DNA of 64,000 nucleotides from the NCBI RefSeq assembly GCF_009914755.1, contig NC_060926.1; one strand, written 5' to 3'. This document shows positions 17,811 to 32,155 of the stretch, one piece after another. Origin of the DNA: the human T2T-CHM13v2.0 reference genome, Homo sapiens. A model generated the notes under the pieces. It was given only the letters and a program-made list of their open reading frames with translations. It did not search any database and was not told the origin of the DNA. Within the stretch, counting starts at the first letter, position 1. Each line of letters starts with the position of its first letter. The translations under genes and the position numbers were made by a program.

Positions 17811-18848
17811 TCATAATAATAATAAAAAAGGAACCTAGCAAGGTGCAAGAAAAGTGAGCTTTTATGACTTTCTAGGAGATCGGCTTACAATTCTCTGTTC
17901 CTAAAAAGTGCCCGAAGTAAGCTGCAGTAGTTTCCTTTTCCTGAACAGGTTCAGAATTTGTTGAATAAATACAGTGTGGCAGAAGCTGGAGGGCTTTTAG
18001 AGATGCTGGTATGACCAGCAGAGAGAACAACTAATTGTCTCCTGAGGACCTTAGTGATGTACAGTAGAAACAGATGACAGCTGGGGAGGGCGTTGGCCAA
18101 CATGGGCTCATTGTCCTTGAGGTGTGGTTTAACCATTTGCTGGGTTGTTTCTTGAATAGGAGCCACAAGTGAGGGGAAAAAGGAAGTGTCCAAACTAAGC
18201 CCTATTCCCTTGGTAGCTGAAGGCCTTAAAAGACAAAATGATTGATTGAAAAGAGAATTGAGACTCACTCTTGCATATTAGGGTCCAAAGGAGTAAGTTC
18301 TTCTGCAATCCCTAATTACCAGAGTCTCAAATAGACCTGTTTGGGTAAGATTTTACAATAATCAGCATCTTAATTCTATTTAATTTTGATAAATGATATA
18401 AAAGGAGAGATTTTGTTCTCAAATACATCTTCTAGCAAAGCGAGACCCACGTGTGAAGGAGGATATTGCATTTCTGGAGTAGTGGGTTCCTGTATTTTAG
18501 ACTAGAGGCTTAAGTCTAGGCTCACTCTAGAAGAAAGAGGAAGACTGGATTCTCTTCCATGAATAAGGGAAGCATCCCAATTCTGGCAGCAGGGGTGGAG
18601 AAGGCATATTTGTCCTTGGCAGAGTTAGACCTTCTCAGGGAGGGCAAACTGGACAACTCTATGAGGGATCATTCACTCCAAAGGACCCAAAGCTGTTTGA
18701 TTAAGCAGCACAGAGATTACAGCTGAAACTATGACTAGAGCAAGGCAATACTATTTATTTGGGTTTATTTTCACACAAAAAAAAGTAAATACGTTTATTT
18801 TCATAAAAATACACAAATTCACATAGAACTCATCAACTTCAAATTTAA

Positions 18849-19058
<210 letters not shown>

Positions 19059-19240
19059 TAAGAGCTGGGGCTGTCCCATTTCATCATACATAAGGTGGCA
19101 ATCGCTGATACCAAAATCTGAGCACCTGGGAACTTTCTTTGTATGGCAGGCTTCCAGGAAGAGAGGAGGCAGTGGGGAATAGGTTAGAAGCAGCTGAGGG
19201 GCAGGTGCCCTTTATTCAGAGGGAATGGAGAGGGCTGCCC

Positions 19241-19312
19241 TGGCCCCCTGGTGGAGTCACACGATGAGGGTGCCCCCTGGTGGAGCCACACGATGAGGGT
19301 GCCCCCTGGTGG
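19241..19312 (-). promoter_or_regulatory. Three tandem CTCF core motifs, 29-bp period
   Basis: gccccctggtgg at 19243, 19272, 19301; reverse complement CCACCAGGGGGC(A/C) fits the CTCF core consensus. Confidence 0.7.
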
Positions 19313-19513
19313 GTGGGCCACGCTGTCCAGGATTTCCCCAGCCCCTCTCTCAGTCTGCCATCTCCACCCTGTCTCTACCATTTACCACTTAGCATAGCCA
19401 AGCCAGGCCCCACATTTTGTTAACCTTAAGGCAGTCAAGATAGGTAGAAAATTTTCAAAAGGACCAATACTAAATTCAAGTAGTAAAATTTAGGAAGTGA
19501 AAGCCCCCATATT

Positions 19514-20404
<891 letters not shown>

Positions 20405-20451
20405 AAAGCCCCAACATTTAAAATGGAAAGTTTATAGAAATATTAGGTGTT

Positions 20452-20737
20452 GGGCCATGTGCGGTGGCTCATGCCTATAATCCCAGCACTTTGGGAGGCC
20501 GAGGTGGGCAGATCACCTGAGGCTGGGAGTTTGAGACCAGCCTGATCAACATGGAGAAACCCCGTCTCTACTGAAAAATACAAAGTTAGCCGGGCATGGT
20601 GATGGAGTCCTGTAATTCCAGCTACTCAGGAGGCTGAGGCAGGAGAATCGCTTGAATCTGGAAGGCGGAGGTTGTGGTGAGCTGAGATCACGCCACTGCA
20701 CTCCAGCTTGGGCAACAAGAGCAGAACTCTGTCTAAA

Positions 20738-20783
<46 letters not shown>

Positions 20784-20812
20784 TCACATATATATAGATA
20801 GATAGATAGATA
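20452..20812 (+). mobile_element. AluS with tail-derived (TA)n and (GATA)n microsatellites
   Basis: Sense Alu 20452-20746 then TA and GATA repeats. Confidence 0.9.
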
Positions 20813-21229
20813 TAGGTGTTTACAGAACATAGATTTCTCATCCTAAGGTAATGATGGTTAAACTTGGTGGCCATTTGACTGAGATAGCCCAGCCTACCAT
20901 TTCTGGGTCTAGGTGGAGCTTCTCCCTCCAGTTCTCTTGTCCAGAGTCAGCCTCTTAGGAGTGTATTCGAGAAGTCATGGCCTTCCTCCCCACTCCCAGT
21001 TAGAAATCAGCACGTGAATGGCCTGTCTTCTGAGTATCCTTCAATCTTGCCATCTTCCTTTCTGACTGTCTCTCCATTTCCCCACTCCTACCCTTAAAGG
21101 ACAGGGGTGCTACTTTTTTTACTCATTCATGAAAATTTACTAACCTTTTCTTTTGTGTGTTTAGCTCCTTTTACTGCCATGTTTTGGTATCCTCCCATGT
21201 GCTTGCTTGCTTGCTTGCTTCCTCAAAAT

Positions 21230-22060
21230 TTTAACAAGCGCCAACTCTGAGCCAGGCAGTGTTTGAGGGGCTGGAGACACAGTGGGAAACAAAACAGAGA
21301 CGGCTCCGATTTCCTGGAGCTTACATTTTGATGGGGAAATAGACAGTAGTCAACCAAATAAACACATAACATCACGTGAGTTAGTAATAAGGAAAACAAA
21401 GCAGGTAGAGGGGGTGGGGTGGGAGAGTGGGGGACGAATGAAGAGGACTGTTTTAGGTGGAGAAGTCAGAGGAGGCTTCTCCTCTGAGATGACGTTTGTG
21501 CAGCAGGCTGAGAAACCCAGGGAGTGAGGCGTGGAGAGATCTGGGGAAAGAGTGTTGCGCAGATGGATGGGCCCAGGCAAAAGCCTGAGATGGGAGTGAG
21601 GCTGGTGTGTTCAGGAAACAGCAAGAAAAAGTGGGGAGGCTGAAGATAGTGAGTGCTGAGAGAGGGCGGGAGGTGAGGCTGGAGCAGAGGCAGGAGCCAG
21701 GCAGGTTGGGGTTACAGGCCGGGAAAGGGAGTTAGAATAAAATTCAAAGTGTGAGGGGAAGCTGTGCGGAGGTCTGGAGTAGGGGGGAAATCATATCTAA
21801 TCAGCATTGTACAAAGAACATGGCTGCCGCATAAGCAACTGCTGATGCTGGAGCCGAGGCAGGGCCGTCAAGGCAGTTGAGGGTTCCAGGCCAGGTGAGA
21901 GCGAGGGCTCCAGGCTCCAGCGTGGGTGGAGAGGAGCTGGCAGAGCTCCCTTGTTAGCGTGGAAGTGGGTGAAAGCGAGAAATCAGTGCGGAGGGGCCTG
22001 GGTGGATTGTGGTTCTAGTCACTGACCTAGGGAGGTCTAGGGGGAAAGCAGGTTTGCAGG
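21230..22060 (-). mobile_element. L2 LINE remnant (a second L2 block at ~22830-23700)
   Basis: Purine-rich L2-like text (ggagcttacatt, ctgagatgac, agcaagaaaa); highly diverged. Confidence 0.55.
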
Positions 22061-22333
22061 GAGAGAAGTGCAGAAGTGAGGAATAACCGTGTTTGGGGCT
22101 GATTCCATTGCAATCATTATAATACCGGAGGAGGATTTGTAGGGTGTGATTTTAGAGCAAATGAACTCTTCCCCTCACTGTCCATTTAAACCTGTTCTGT
22201 TGGGGTTGGTTCTTCTCCTGCCCTGGGCATTCTCAGATAATAAACAGCCTCTGGTTATGAAGACAGTCTGTTCAGTAACTAATATGGCCAGTCTCGTATA
22301 ACATAATGACCAAAGCTTCAATCTTCATTTAAG

Positions 22334-22376
22334 GTCTCCCTCCCCGCGTTTGGGGCTGCTGAAGCTGGAGCTATAA
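22334..22376 (+). CDS. FAM228B: FAM228B last coding segment (G)SPSPRLGLLKLEL*; exon continues to donor at 22390
   Basis: tttaag|G TCT CCC..CTA TAA; donor ggag|gtagat 14 nt after the stop. Confidence 0.88.
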
Positions 22377-24062
22377 GAAAGAAGAGGGAGGTAGATGTCT
22401 TCTCTCTTTCCCTTCTTACTCTCCTATTCCTTACCCCTGTTTCTTGCCACTGTGATTTCTGATATCTTCAGAGTCCACAGTGGGAGGGAGGAAAGAGAAA
22501 TAATGGGTGGGTAGGAAAGTTCTTACCTATTAATTTTATGATGATCTATTTCAGTGTAAGGCATTCTCTGGGCTTGGCAGGGGTTTGAAGCTAGTGGTTT
22601 TTCTCATGGGGCACTTCCAAGTGATCTTCAGAGAAAATTCCTATTGCTTGGAATTTCTCACCGGATTTCTTTTCCAGCTGTTTGCTTAGGACTGTCTCTG
22701 GCTCTAAGCATCTGATGGAACTGCCACTACTTCATTCTTCACTTAGGAACATAGCCTCTATCACCTAAAGAGATACTGAGACTAAAATTAGATCCATTTC
22801 AGTATCTTTGTAGATGCTCATCCTATACCCAAGAGGAGATATACAGTAGGCAGGTGGATGTACCGGTCTGGAGTTCAGGGGAGACTGGGGGTGGAGACAG
22901 GTTTTTGAGAGTCATCCTCATATAGATGCTATGTGAAATCATGCAATCACCTGGGGGTGAGTGTCAAAGAGAAGAAGGCCGAGGGTTAGTCCTGCGGAAC
23001 GCCAAGATTTAGAGGTTGGGGCAAGGAGGCAGAGCTGGTGAAGGAACATTCATGGAGCGAGAGGTTGGTATGGAAGGAAGCAAAGCAGAAGTATGTGCTG
23101 CTGCAGAGGCCCAGTAGAGAAAGGGTTTCAGAAAAGAGGGCATGCCCAGCCATGTGGCAATGCTGCTGAGAGGGAGGTAAAATGAGGACTGGGGAGATAT
23201 AGGCCTAACTGCTGATTTTCATCAGAGAGGTTAAGTGGAGCAGCTGAAATGAAAGCTGATTAGAGTGGGTTCAGGAGAGAATTGGGGTGAGGAAGTGGAG
23301 ACAGAATAAGCAATGCTTTTGTGGGGTTTTGCTATAAAGTGGCTGGAGAAGGTAAGGTAAGGGAATATTTTTATCAGCGATATTGATATTATAACATGTA
23401 TGTTTCCTGATGGGAATGCTCCCATAGAGAGGGAGATTTGATGATGCTGGAGAGAGAGGGGGTATAATAGAAGGGCAGAGTCCTTCCACAGGTGAGGAGG
23501 CAGCACCCTGGACTCAGGTGGACAGGACACTCTATCCATTGTATGAAGAGGGAAGGCCGAGTACATGGATGTAGGTCAAACTAGCTCAGTGGATTTTGCA
23601 AAGGAAGATTGTTTCCTTCTGTTTACTCATTTTCTCAAGTGAGATCATCAGCTGATCGCGAGGCACAGAATAGAGAATTTAGAGGTTTGAAGAGAAAAGG
23701 GAAGAAAGGAACCTAGTATTTTCTAAATCACAACAATCCAAGTGGAAATTAGTACTCCAAACATGTTGACATCTGAAAGCTGAGACCACAGGGGTTCCCT
23801 CAAATCATGTCACACATCAGTGATCCACCCCATCTATTTGACCATGTCCCTGAATCTCTCAGTGCTTCTGACTCCAGACAGCGCGAGGAAAGGCTGAGGC
23901 AGGAGGCCTAGGTGGAGACCCTGCCTGAGAGATGAGTCACTCGGCTCTGGCAGGACAGGCTTCAGGGGGATCAGCTCAGCTTAGCTGGGGAACGCTTTCT
24001 GCTCTCGTAAGCCCCTCATCCCCATACCACACTCAACTCTTCCCTTTTGTCACCTTCAAAAG

Positions 24063-24345
24063 GTTTCAGCAACCAAGGAGCACACACCCTGATCCTTGAT
24101 TGGTGAAAGGATACACAAAATCAGGCTGCTTCAGAGGAAGTCATCTGCTCACAGGAATCAGGGTGAAGGCCAAGGACGGCACTCAAGAATTGTCCTGTCT
24201 CTAAAAAAAAAGCATCTGCAACGAACTTCCTTTAATTTTTGAGTTCAGTGTCTGTGATAATTAAGAAATGGCAATACCATGTATTTTCCCCAGAAGTTAA
24301 GAAATATTGCTGAACGAACCAATAAAAATAATTACAGCTCCCTCA
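24063..24345 (+). other. FAM228B: FAM228B terminal 3'UTR exon, poly(A) signal AATAAA 24321-24326
   Basis: Pyrimidine tract + aaaag| acceptor; AATAAA; sequence homology to exon at 55278; 3' end approximate. Confidence 0.7.
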
Positions 24346-24488
24346 CTAAGTGTCCATCTCTGTATATTTGGCTTGTTCCTCAATTAAGGTATGCTCCCTT
24401 TGGTCATGCACACTTCATGGCCACATCCACATATCCTCCCCAGGTTTTCCCAACACTCTTTAGAAAATTTAAAAATTCATTTGGGGTT

Positions 24489-24847
24489 GGCCAGGTGAGG
24501 TGGGTCATGCCTGTAATCCCAGCACTTTGGGGAGGCTGAGGCATGTTGCCCAGGCTGATCTCGAACTCCTGGGCTCAAGCGATCCACCCGCCTCGGCCTC
24601 CATCTGAACACCTGTCTTGAGGTCAGGAGTTCGAGACCAACCTGGCCAACGTGGCAAAACCCTGTCTCCACTAAAAATACAAAAATTAGCCAGGTGTGAT
24701 GGCACATACCTGTAATCCCAGCTACTTGGGAGGCTGAGGCATGAGAATTGCTTGAACCCTGGAGGTGGAGGCTGTAGTGAGCCGAGATTGCACCACTGCA
24801 CTCTAGCCTGGGTGACAGGGCAAGACTCCATCTTAAAAAAAAAAAAA
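24489..24847 (+). mobile_element. AluS with an inverted internal insertion
   Basis: Sense Alu, TSD aaaaattcattt(g/a)gggt; antisense Alu piece at 24542-24601. Confidence 0.9.
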
Positions 24848-25397
24848 TTCATTTAGGGTATAATTACTCACTTGCTGATTCTAAACATTGCCCTCTGGCT
24901 CATGTTGAGTTTGAATCTTGGTCACAGGAAGACACAGTAGGACACAGAGCATAGAAGAGTGGAATTCTGTTTTCCTTAGGCAAAGGGACACCATGGTAAC
25001 CTTTTCAAAAGACTTGGGGGAGTCTGACTTCTTCAGTTCTGTCTGTTCCCCAAATATATATAATTCCAAGATCCCCCTCTTTCCTAGTCAATGCCCTAGA
25101 TTTCATATAAAAGACTGGCAGCAATGTTAATCCATCTGGAATTGCAATTCAGCAACCTACAGGATCAATTTATGAACTTGAGGGCCACAGATGGAATAAG
25201 ATTTATTAAAAATAGTGGCCCTATATTTTAATGCCTTGCACATTCTGGCATCTGAGCTTTATATTATCTTGCTTTAAATTATCCATTTTTCTCTCATTCC
25301 ATATTCCTCATCCTCTTTAAATTATTCTACCCTGACAGTTATCTAGTCTCCCAACGTCTCACCCCTAATCAATATATGGTTCTAAGTGAAACTAGAT

Positions 25398-25769
<372 letters not shown>

Positions 25770-26098
25770 TAATTATAATTGTATAATGAATCCTTATGTT
25801 TCTGACATCCAGCTTCAATACTGATTACCTCATGTCCAGTCTTGTTTTGTGTATATGCATACCTACTTCTCAACCCTAACTGGATGACTTTGAAGCAAAT
25901 CCCAGATGTCGTATCACAAATATAGTTGCTCATTCCACATGGTGAAGAGAAGATGCCTTTCCTTTCCCTGCACTTTGACACGAATACCAATTCCAAATAT
26001 CTCACATTTCCTCTGAAGCCTTGTACTATTTCTGTATTATTTGAGATCATTTGTATTGCAAGTAACAAGCTAACCAGAGCTAACATAAGCACAGATGG

Positions 26099-26124
26099 TC
26101 CCTGGTGGTCTAGTGGTTGGGATT
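26099..26124 (+). pseudogene. Retroposed 5' fragment of tRNA-Glu (CTC-type)
   Basis: tccctggtggtctagtggttgggatt = first 26 nt of tRNA-Glu TCCCTGGTGGTCTAGTGGTTAGGATT with one mismatch, followed by A11. Confidence 0.8.
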
Positions 26125-26428
26125 AAAAAAAAAAATTTCATTGAAAGAGTGCCAAAGCATCTTACAGAACCCTGAGAAAAAACTGAATTCCACAGGAATG
26201 GCAGGAACCTTGACAGCACTGGCCCCTGAGCAGCAGGCATCTCAGACCCTTCTAGGCTGTTGTCATGAACGTGACTCACAACACCTTTCCAAGTCTCTGT
26301 TTTGGTTAGACGTCTATAATCCTAGAAGAAAGACAGGAGACTCTGATCCTAGACTTGGGTCAGGTGTACACTCCTTGACCAATTAGCCACAGAGAAGAAC
26401 AGGGAGGTGCTGCCATCGAGTCCACCTC

Positions 26429-26736
26429 TGGCCAGGTGAAGTGGCTCACGCCTGTAATCCCAGCACTTTGGGAGGCCGAGGAGGGTGGATCACCTGAGGT
26501 TAGGAGTTTGAGACCAGCCTGACCAAAATGGCAAAAGCCCATCTCTACTAAAAATACAAAAATTAGCTGGGCATGGTAGGGGGGCACCTGCAATCCTAGC
26601 TACTCAGAAAAGCTGAGGCGGGAGAATCGCTTGAACCCAGGACGGGGAGGCTGCAGTAAGCCAAGATTGCGCCACTGCACTCCAGCCTGGGCAATAGAGC
26701 AAGAGACGCCATCTCAAAAAAAAAAAAAAAAAAAAA
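26429..26736 (+). mobile_element. AluS
   Basis: Sense Alu, long A tail, TSD agtc(c/t)acctct. Confidence 0.92.
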
Positions 26737-27249
26737 GTCTACCTCTGTGAGTGGAGTCAGGGATTTGCCAGAGATGGGACCACGCAGGCATCTCTAATCC
26801 ACCATGTGGAGCAAGGAGGCCAGGAATCACTGAAGAAAGCTGAGCCCAAAAAGACAGGCAGGAATCTTACAGGTCATGCTAAAGGGTTTGGAATTTATGG
26901 GGAGACCCTGAAGGATTTTATAATACTCTAGTTCTTGGCATTTTTTCCCTTTTATATTACTTCATCAGTCAAAACAGACTTCTAGAAATCACATCAGCAT
27001 TAAAGGGATATTGTTACTTCACCTTGACTTTTTATAGAAGGAGAAAAGTCTCGGTAAATCAGTTCTGTTCCATGAATCAGTCATTACTGCCTTCTCCATA
27101 GCCTTTCCTCCGTTCAAGTAAATTTAGAAATTTCCTAAGTTTTCTTTATAACAGGTAGCCTAAATCTATATCATACTTTTAAAATAAAAATCTAGGTGCA
27201 AATTTGTTCTTATGGTTAAGGTTAACATGTACACTTCACAAACATTGAG

Positions 27250-27544
27250 ACTTTTGTTTTGTTTTCTGGGACAAGGTCTTGTTCTGTCTCCCAGCTGGAG
27301 TGGATACAAGCATGGCTTGCTTCAGCCTCAACCTCCCGGACTCAAGCGATCCTCCCACCTCAGCTTCCTGAGTAGCTGGGACTACAGGTGCCTGCCACCA
27401 TGCCCAGCTAATTTTTAAACGTTTTGTAGAGACGCGGTCCCATTGTGTTGCCCAGGCTGGTCTTGAACACCTGGCCTCAAGTGATCCTCCTACCTCGGCC
27501 TCCCAAAGTGCTGGGATTACATGCATGAGCCACCATGACTGGCC
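27250..27544 (-). mobile_element. AluJ
   Basis: Antisense Alu; TSD agactttt. Confidence 0.85.
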
Positions 27545-28479
27545 TAGACTTTTTGATTTAAAGAGACTTTTTGGATAGAAATGCTTTTCTCTATTACAGT
27601 TATAAATGACTAAAAATACTAGCTATGCCAAAATGGCAACCAGAGGCCGACTGCAAAGCTTCAAAAGGCTTGATGCTCTCCTGGTAGACAAGTCTTCAGT
27701 CTCTTAAATGTTTTTTTCATATGTTGACATTGAAATTTCATTTTGTGTAGATGTTGGGATTATGTCTCATTCATTTATTTATTCATCATTCACTTAGTAA
27801 GTATTTAAGTGCCTGTTTTTCCCAGGTGCTCTGCCAGGTTCTGGGGATATAAGGATGAGCCAACATAGGCTCTCTGCCCTAAAGTTAGTGGGAGAAACAG
27901 TAACAAAAGATTTTAATACTATGAGATTAACTGACTTAGTTGTGGTATGTAGAAAGAGACACAGAGCCTGCAGCAAGAGCCTAGGTGAAGACTCAGTGAA
28001 GCACTACCTATTGAAAGGAGAATCTTTCAAATCCTTAACAGTTATTTTCACCATGTAAAAAAGGCGACATTGCCAGGGAACATCAAGTAAAGAGACAAAT
28101 GCTCAGGTAAGCTTTTAAATCATATGAGATTGAAATAAGTTGATTCAGTAAATCAGGGAAACTTTTATTTTCAAATGAAGTAAGGAAGAAGCTAGGTAGA
28201 AATTAAAAATCCTATTTTGTATCACCTTTTGCTTATACTTAATGTAGTTTAAGCCATCAGTATATTATACTTTTCTGTGTATGTCTACTCAACAGGAATT
28301 TTCTGTTCGCCTGCTATTTGGGTCAGTCTTAGATGGTCCCATGTTATGAGAAAGATGTAAAGATGAGATAGATTCAGCTCCTTTTCTCGAGAAGATTATA
28401 CCATATAAGGAAGTAATTTGCTGAATGGTCTCTCAGTTAGCCTGACTAGAATCTCTAAATCATGGTCTACACAGCAGTA

Positions 28480-29110
28480 ATGAGGAACTTTGGCCCCTCA
28501 AGTGTCAATGAAGGCCAGCTGGGGCACCTGGATTCCTATCTCCATCTGGCAGTAATGAGGTGGTAACCTCATTAACCCTGTTAGATTGGTGTTGGAGAAA
28601 GCCAGCTAAAACAGAAAGTTTAAATAAGATCCAGAGTCTCATAATATAAACTGAAAATGTTCAGACTTCAATAGAGACCAGCACTGAGATGACAAAGATG
28701 TTAGAATAAGCTCACAGACTTTTAAAGTTGCTATGAGAAAACTGCTTCAATGAGCAAATATGGATACACTTGAAGCAAATGAAAAAATAAAAATCCTGAG
28801 CAAACAGGAGATACAAAGAAGAACCAGATGAAAATTGTAGAACTGAAAATTACAATAGCCAAAATAAAAAGCTCAGCAGTTAAGCTCAACAGTAGAATAG
28901 AGAAGATGGAGGAAAGAATCAGTGAGCTGGAAGATAGAACAATAAAAATTACCCAATCTTAAAAAATGAGAAAATAGACTGGGGGTGGAGGGAAGAAGAG
29001 AGGCTTAAGTGGCTGTGGGGGCTATAATAATATTCATGTCATCAGAATCCCAGAAGGACGAGAGAAACAGGCAGGACTAAAAAACATACTTGAAGAAACA
29101 TTGGCTGAAA
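28480..29110 (+). mobile_element. Ancient L1M ORF1 remnant
   Basis: Degenerate ORF1 text (aaagaagaaccagatgaaaattgtagaactgaaaattacaata, gaaagaatcagtgagctggaaga). Confidence 0.65.
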
Positions 29111-29597
29111 ACAGAGTAATCCTTGTAGTGGTGTCCTGATACACCTGATACAAGATAATATCCTGTATCTTGACTGTAGCTATGTCAAATCTTGGTTGTG
29201 ATAATGTACCATACCTTAAACTATTAACAATAATTCTAGATATCATTAAATTTGTAGTCAGAGTTTTCGCATTTTCCTGATTGGCCCAAATGTTTTGAAG
29301 TCGGTTTCTTCACATCAGAATCCAAACCAGGTCCACCTGTGGCACCTTCACCCTTCGGAGCCGGACGCGTCACTTAAAACCATTCCTCTTACGTTGTCGC
29401 CCTCAATCTTACAGGTAAATGGCAAATTCTCTTTCGTATTAGTGTACATGCCTCGATAAAAGTCCAGAAGGGCGGCGGGGGCCTCGGCGGTTGAAGGCCC
29501 GCGTGCCCTGGCTCCTGCGAGGGGAGGGCGCCCCCGAGACAGACGTGGAGGGAGGGCGAGGGCCAGGCGCTGGGCTTCATCACTGCGTTTCCGTTTT

Positions 29598-29710
29598 CTG
29601 TGAAATCAAATGGCGCCCTTCCCTTTCCCGGGAAGTCGGTGTCACCGCCCGTTTGCTGTGAAATCAAATGGCGCCCTTCCTTTTCCCGGGACGTCGGCGT
29701 CACCGTCCAG
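29598..29710. repeat. 58-bp tandem duplication in the FAM228A promoter
   Basis: ctgtgaaatcaaatggcgcccttcc.tttcccggga.gtcgg.gtcaccg at 29598 and 29656. Confidence 0.93.
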
Positions 29711-30017
29711 CTGGCGTCGGGGCAGCACCCCGGGATCTGGCGTGGCGCATGCGCCCCGACGCTCGGGCCCGCGGGCTCCTTTCTCCGTCGCCGCTCCAGG
29801 ACGCGGCCTCGGGGGAGCCCTACCGGGACGGAGCCGCGGGGCCTGCGACTTCCCCCGGAGCTGGCCTGAGGTGGGGCCCGGGGAGGCCTACGGGCCTGGG
29901 GGTCGCGGAGCCCAGGGAGGGCTGTGGCAGGGCCAGGGGGGCGCGCCCCGGAGGAAAGGCCCGCTTTGGCCCGAGGACGACACGGGAGTGGGTAGCCGGG
30001 CCTGTTGAAGCGCCTAG

Positions 30018-30275
<258 letters not shown>

Positions 30276-31059
30276 TAACGTGGCGTTTTGAGACGTCATT
30301 TTGGCGGGGGGACCCCTCGAGTTTGGGAACTGTTTATCTTAATTTCGCTTCTGTTCTCAGGATTGTGACAGTGCCTGCTTTAAAGCAGGCGTTGAAGGGG
30401 AATGTTCGGGCTCAGATTTGGCCGAGAGTGTGGCCAAGAGTGTTTCCAGTCGCCAGCCTGGGGGCTGGCGCACCGACGGGGGCGGGCAGCCGGGCGGGTG
30501 AAGGCAGCCACCCCAGCTCCCCGGCAGAAGCCAGGTCTGGGCTTGCCAGTCAATTCTGCATACTTCAGCGTCTGGTAATGATTTTCTCAAAAAGTTTCAT
30601 TATTTTGTGTCATCCTATGATTTGCCTCGCTGTGAAAAACTCTTGGAAATTTCCTTTCTTTTTCCCCTTTTGCCCTAGTGGCGGTCGGAGCAGTGAGATG
30701 CTTAATTTTTCTATGTGTGTGCACAGAAAGCTGTGGATTTCGAAAAGTGCTGCTGCAAATCATGACCTTTTCCTTATATTTCCTGGCAAAATCACAAAGA
30801 AGAGCCATCAAAGACAAAAACTGTTTAATTTCTTTAAACAAAGATTATTTGAGAATCTGACTCAAGAATGTACATAACATTTGTTAACAATCTTACTAGG
30901 ATGTTCTTTAAGAAGGTGACTTCCCAAGATGCTTGTCAATATGTTCTGCTTCTCCAAATAAATAAATAGATTCTAAATTTTTATTGTAGTGTCAGGATAC
31001 ATGTTTAATTGTTTTACATACTTTTTCAGTTGCCATCTTCATTTTAATTAAAAAAAAAT

Positions 31060-31211
31060 ATTTTAGAGACAGGTTCTTGCTCTGTAGCCCAGGCTGGGGT
31101 GCAGTGGCCCAATCATAGCTCTCTGTAACCTCAGACTCCTGGGCTCAAGTAATTCTCCTGCCTGGGCCTTCAGAGCACTAGGATTACAGGCGTGAGCCAC
31201 CCTGCCTGGCC
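31060..31211 (-). mobile_element. Alu monomer (FLAM-like)
   Basis: Single-arm antisense Alu. Confidence 0.75.
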
Positions 31212-31841
31212 TGTCTTCTTAAAATAAGTCTGAGAAGGCTTTAAAGCAAGATCCTGTTCCTATTACAAAGAGAGCTTTATTTTAGGAAGACCTGGGCAGC
31301 TGTTTGAATATCATTTTAGATCTCATGTGAAGCTATTAAATATGTGGGTAAAAAGAACAACTTTCCTTTTTTGAGATTTCTCTTATTTACAGATTTGGTA
31401 TTTGAGTTTGGGGTTTAGTTTGTTGTGATGCATTCAGTGTGGCAGAATAGAAAGAAGAATCAGAAATTGAATAACAGTTCTAAGAACCTGTATCATTTTT
31501 CATCAGCAATAATTTTTAATGTAACAATTTATCTCTTCCAGATACTGGATTTTCATTGCCTTTTCATTTGTTCACACTTAGTCCTATAAGAATAAAAGCT
31601 AGAGATTAGTGCATAGTGATCCAACTGAAAAAGCCCTAAAGTGGGGATTAAAATGCATCAGCTTTACCCAAACTCATAATGGAAATAGCAAGTCCCTAGA
31701 TGTGGATGATGTTGTTTGGAGGCCATGAGCTCTCACTAATTAGCTCTGAGATTCTGGACCAGTTGAACTAAAGGGAACTTTCTGTGGTTTTTGACTTATG
31801 AAGAGATCTAGCAAAAGGCGGGAAACTTCAAGGGCCCTTTA

Positions 31842-32155
<314 letters not shown>

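Noticed and set aside
19241-19320. Short direct repeats as a CRISPR-like array
   Set aside because: Spacers are near-identical and the DNA is mammalian; it is a tandem repeat
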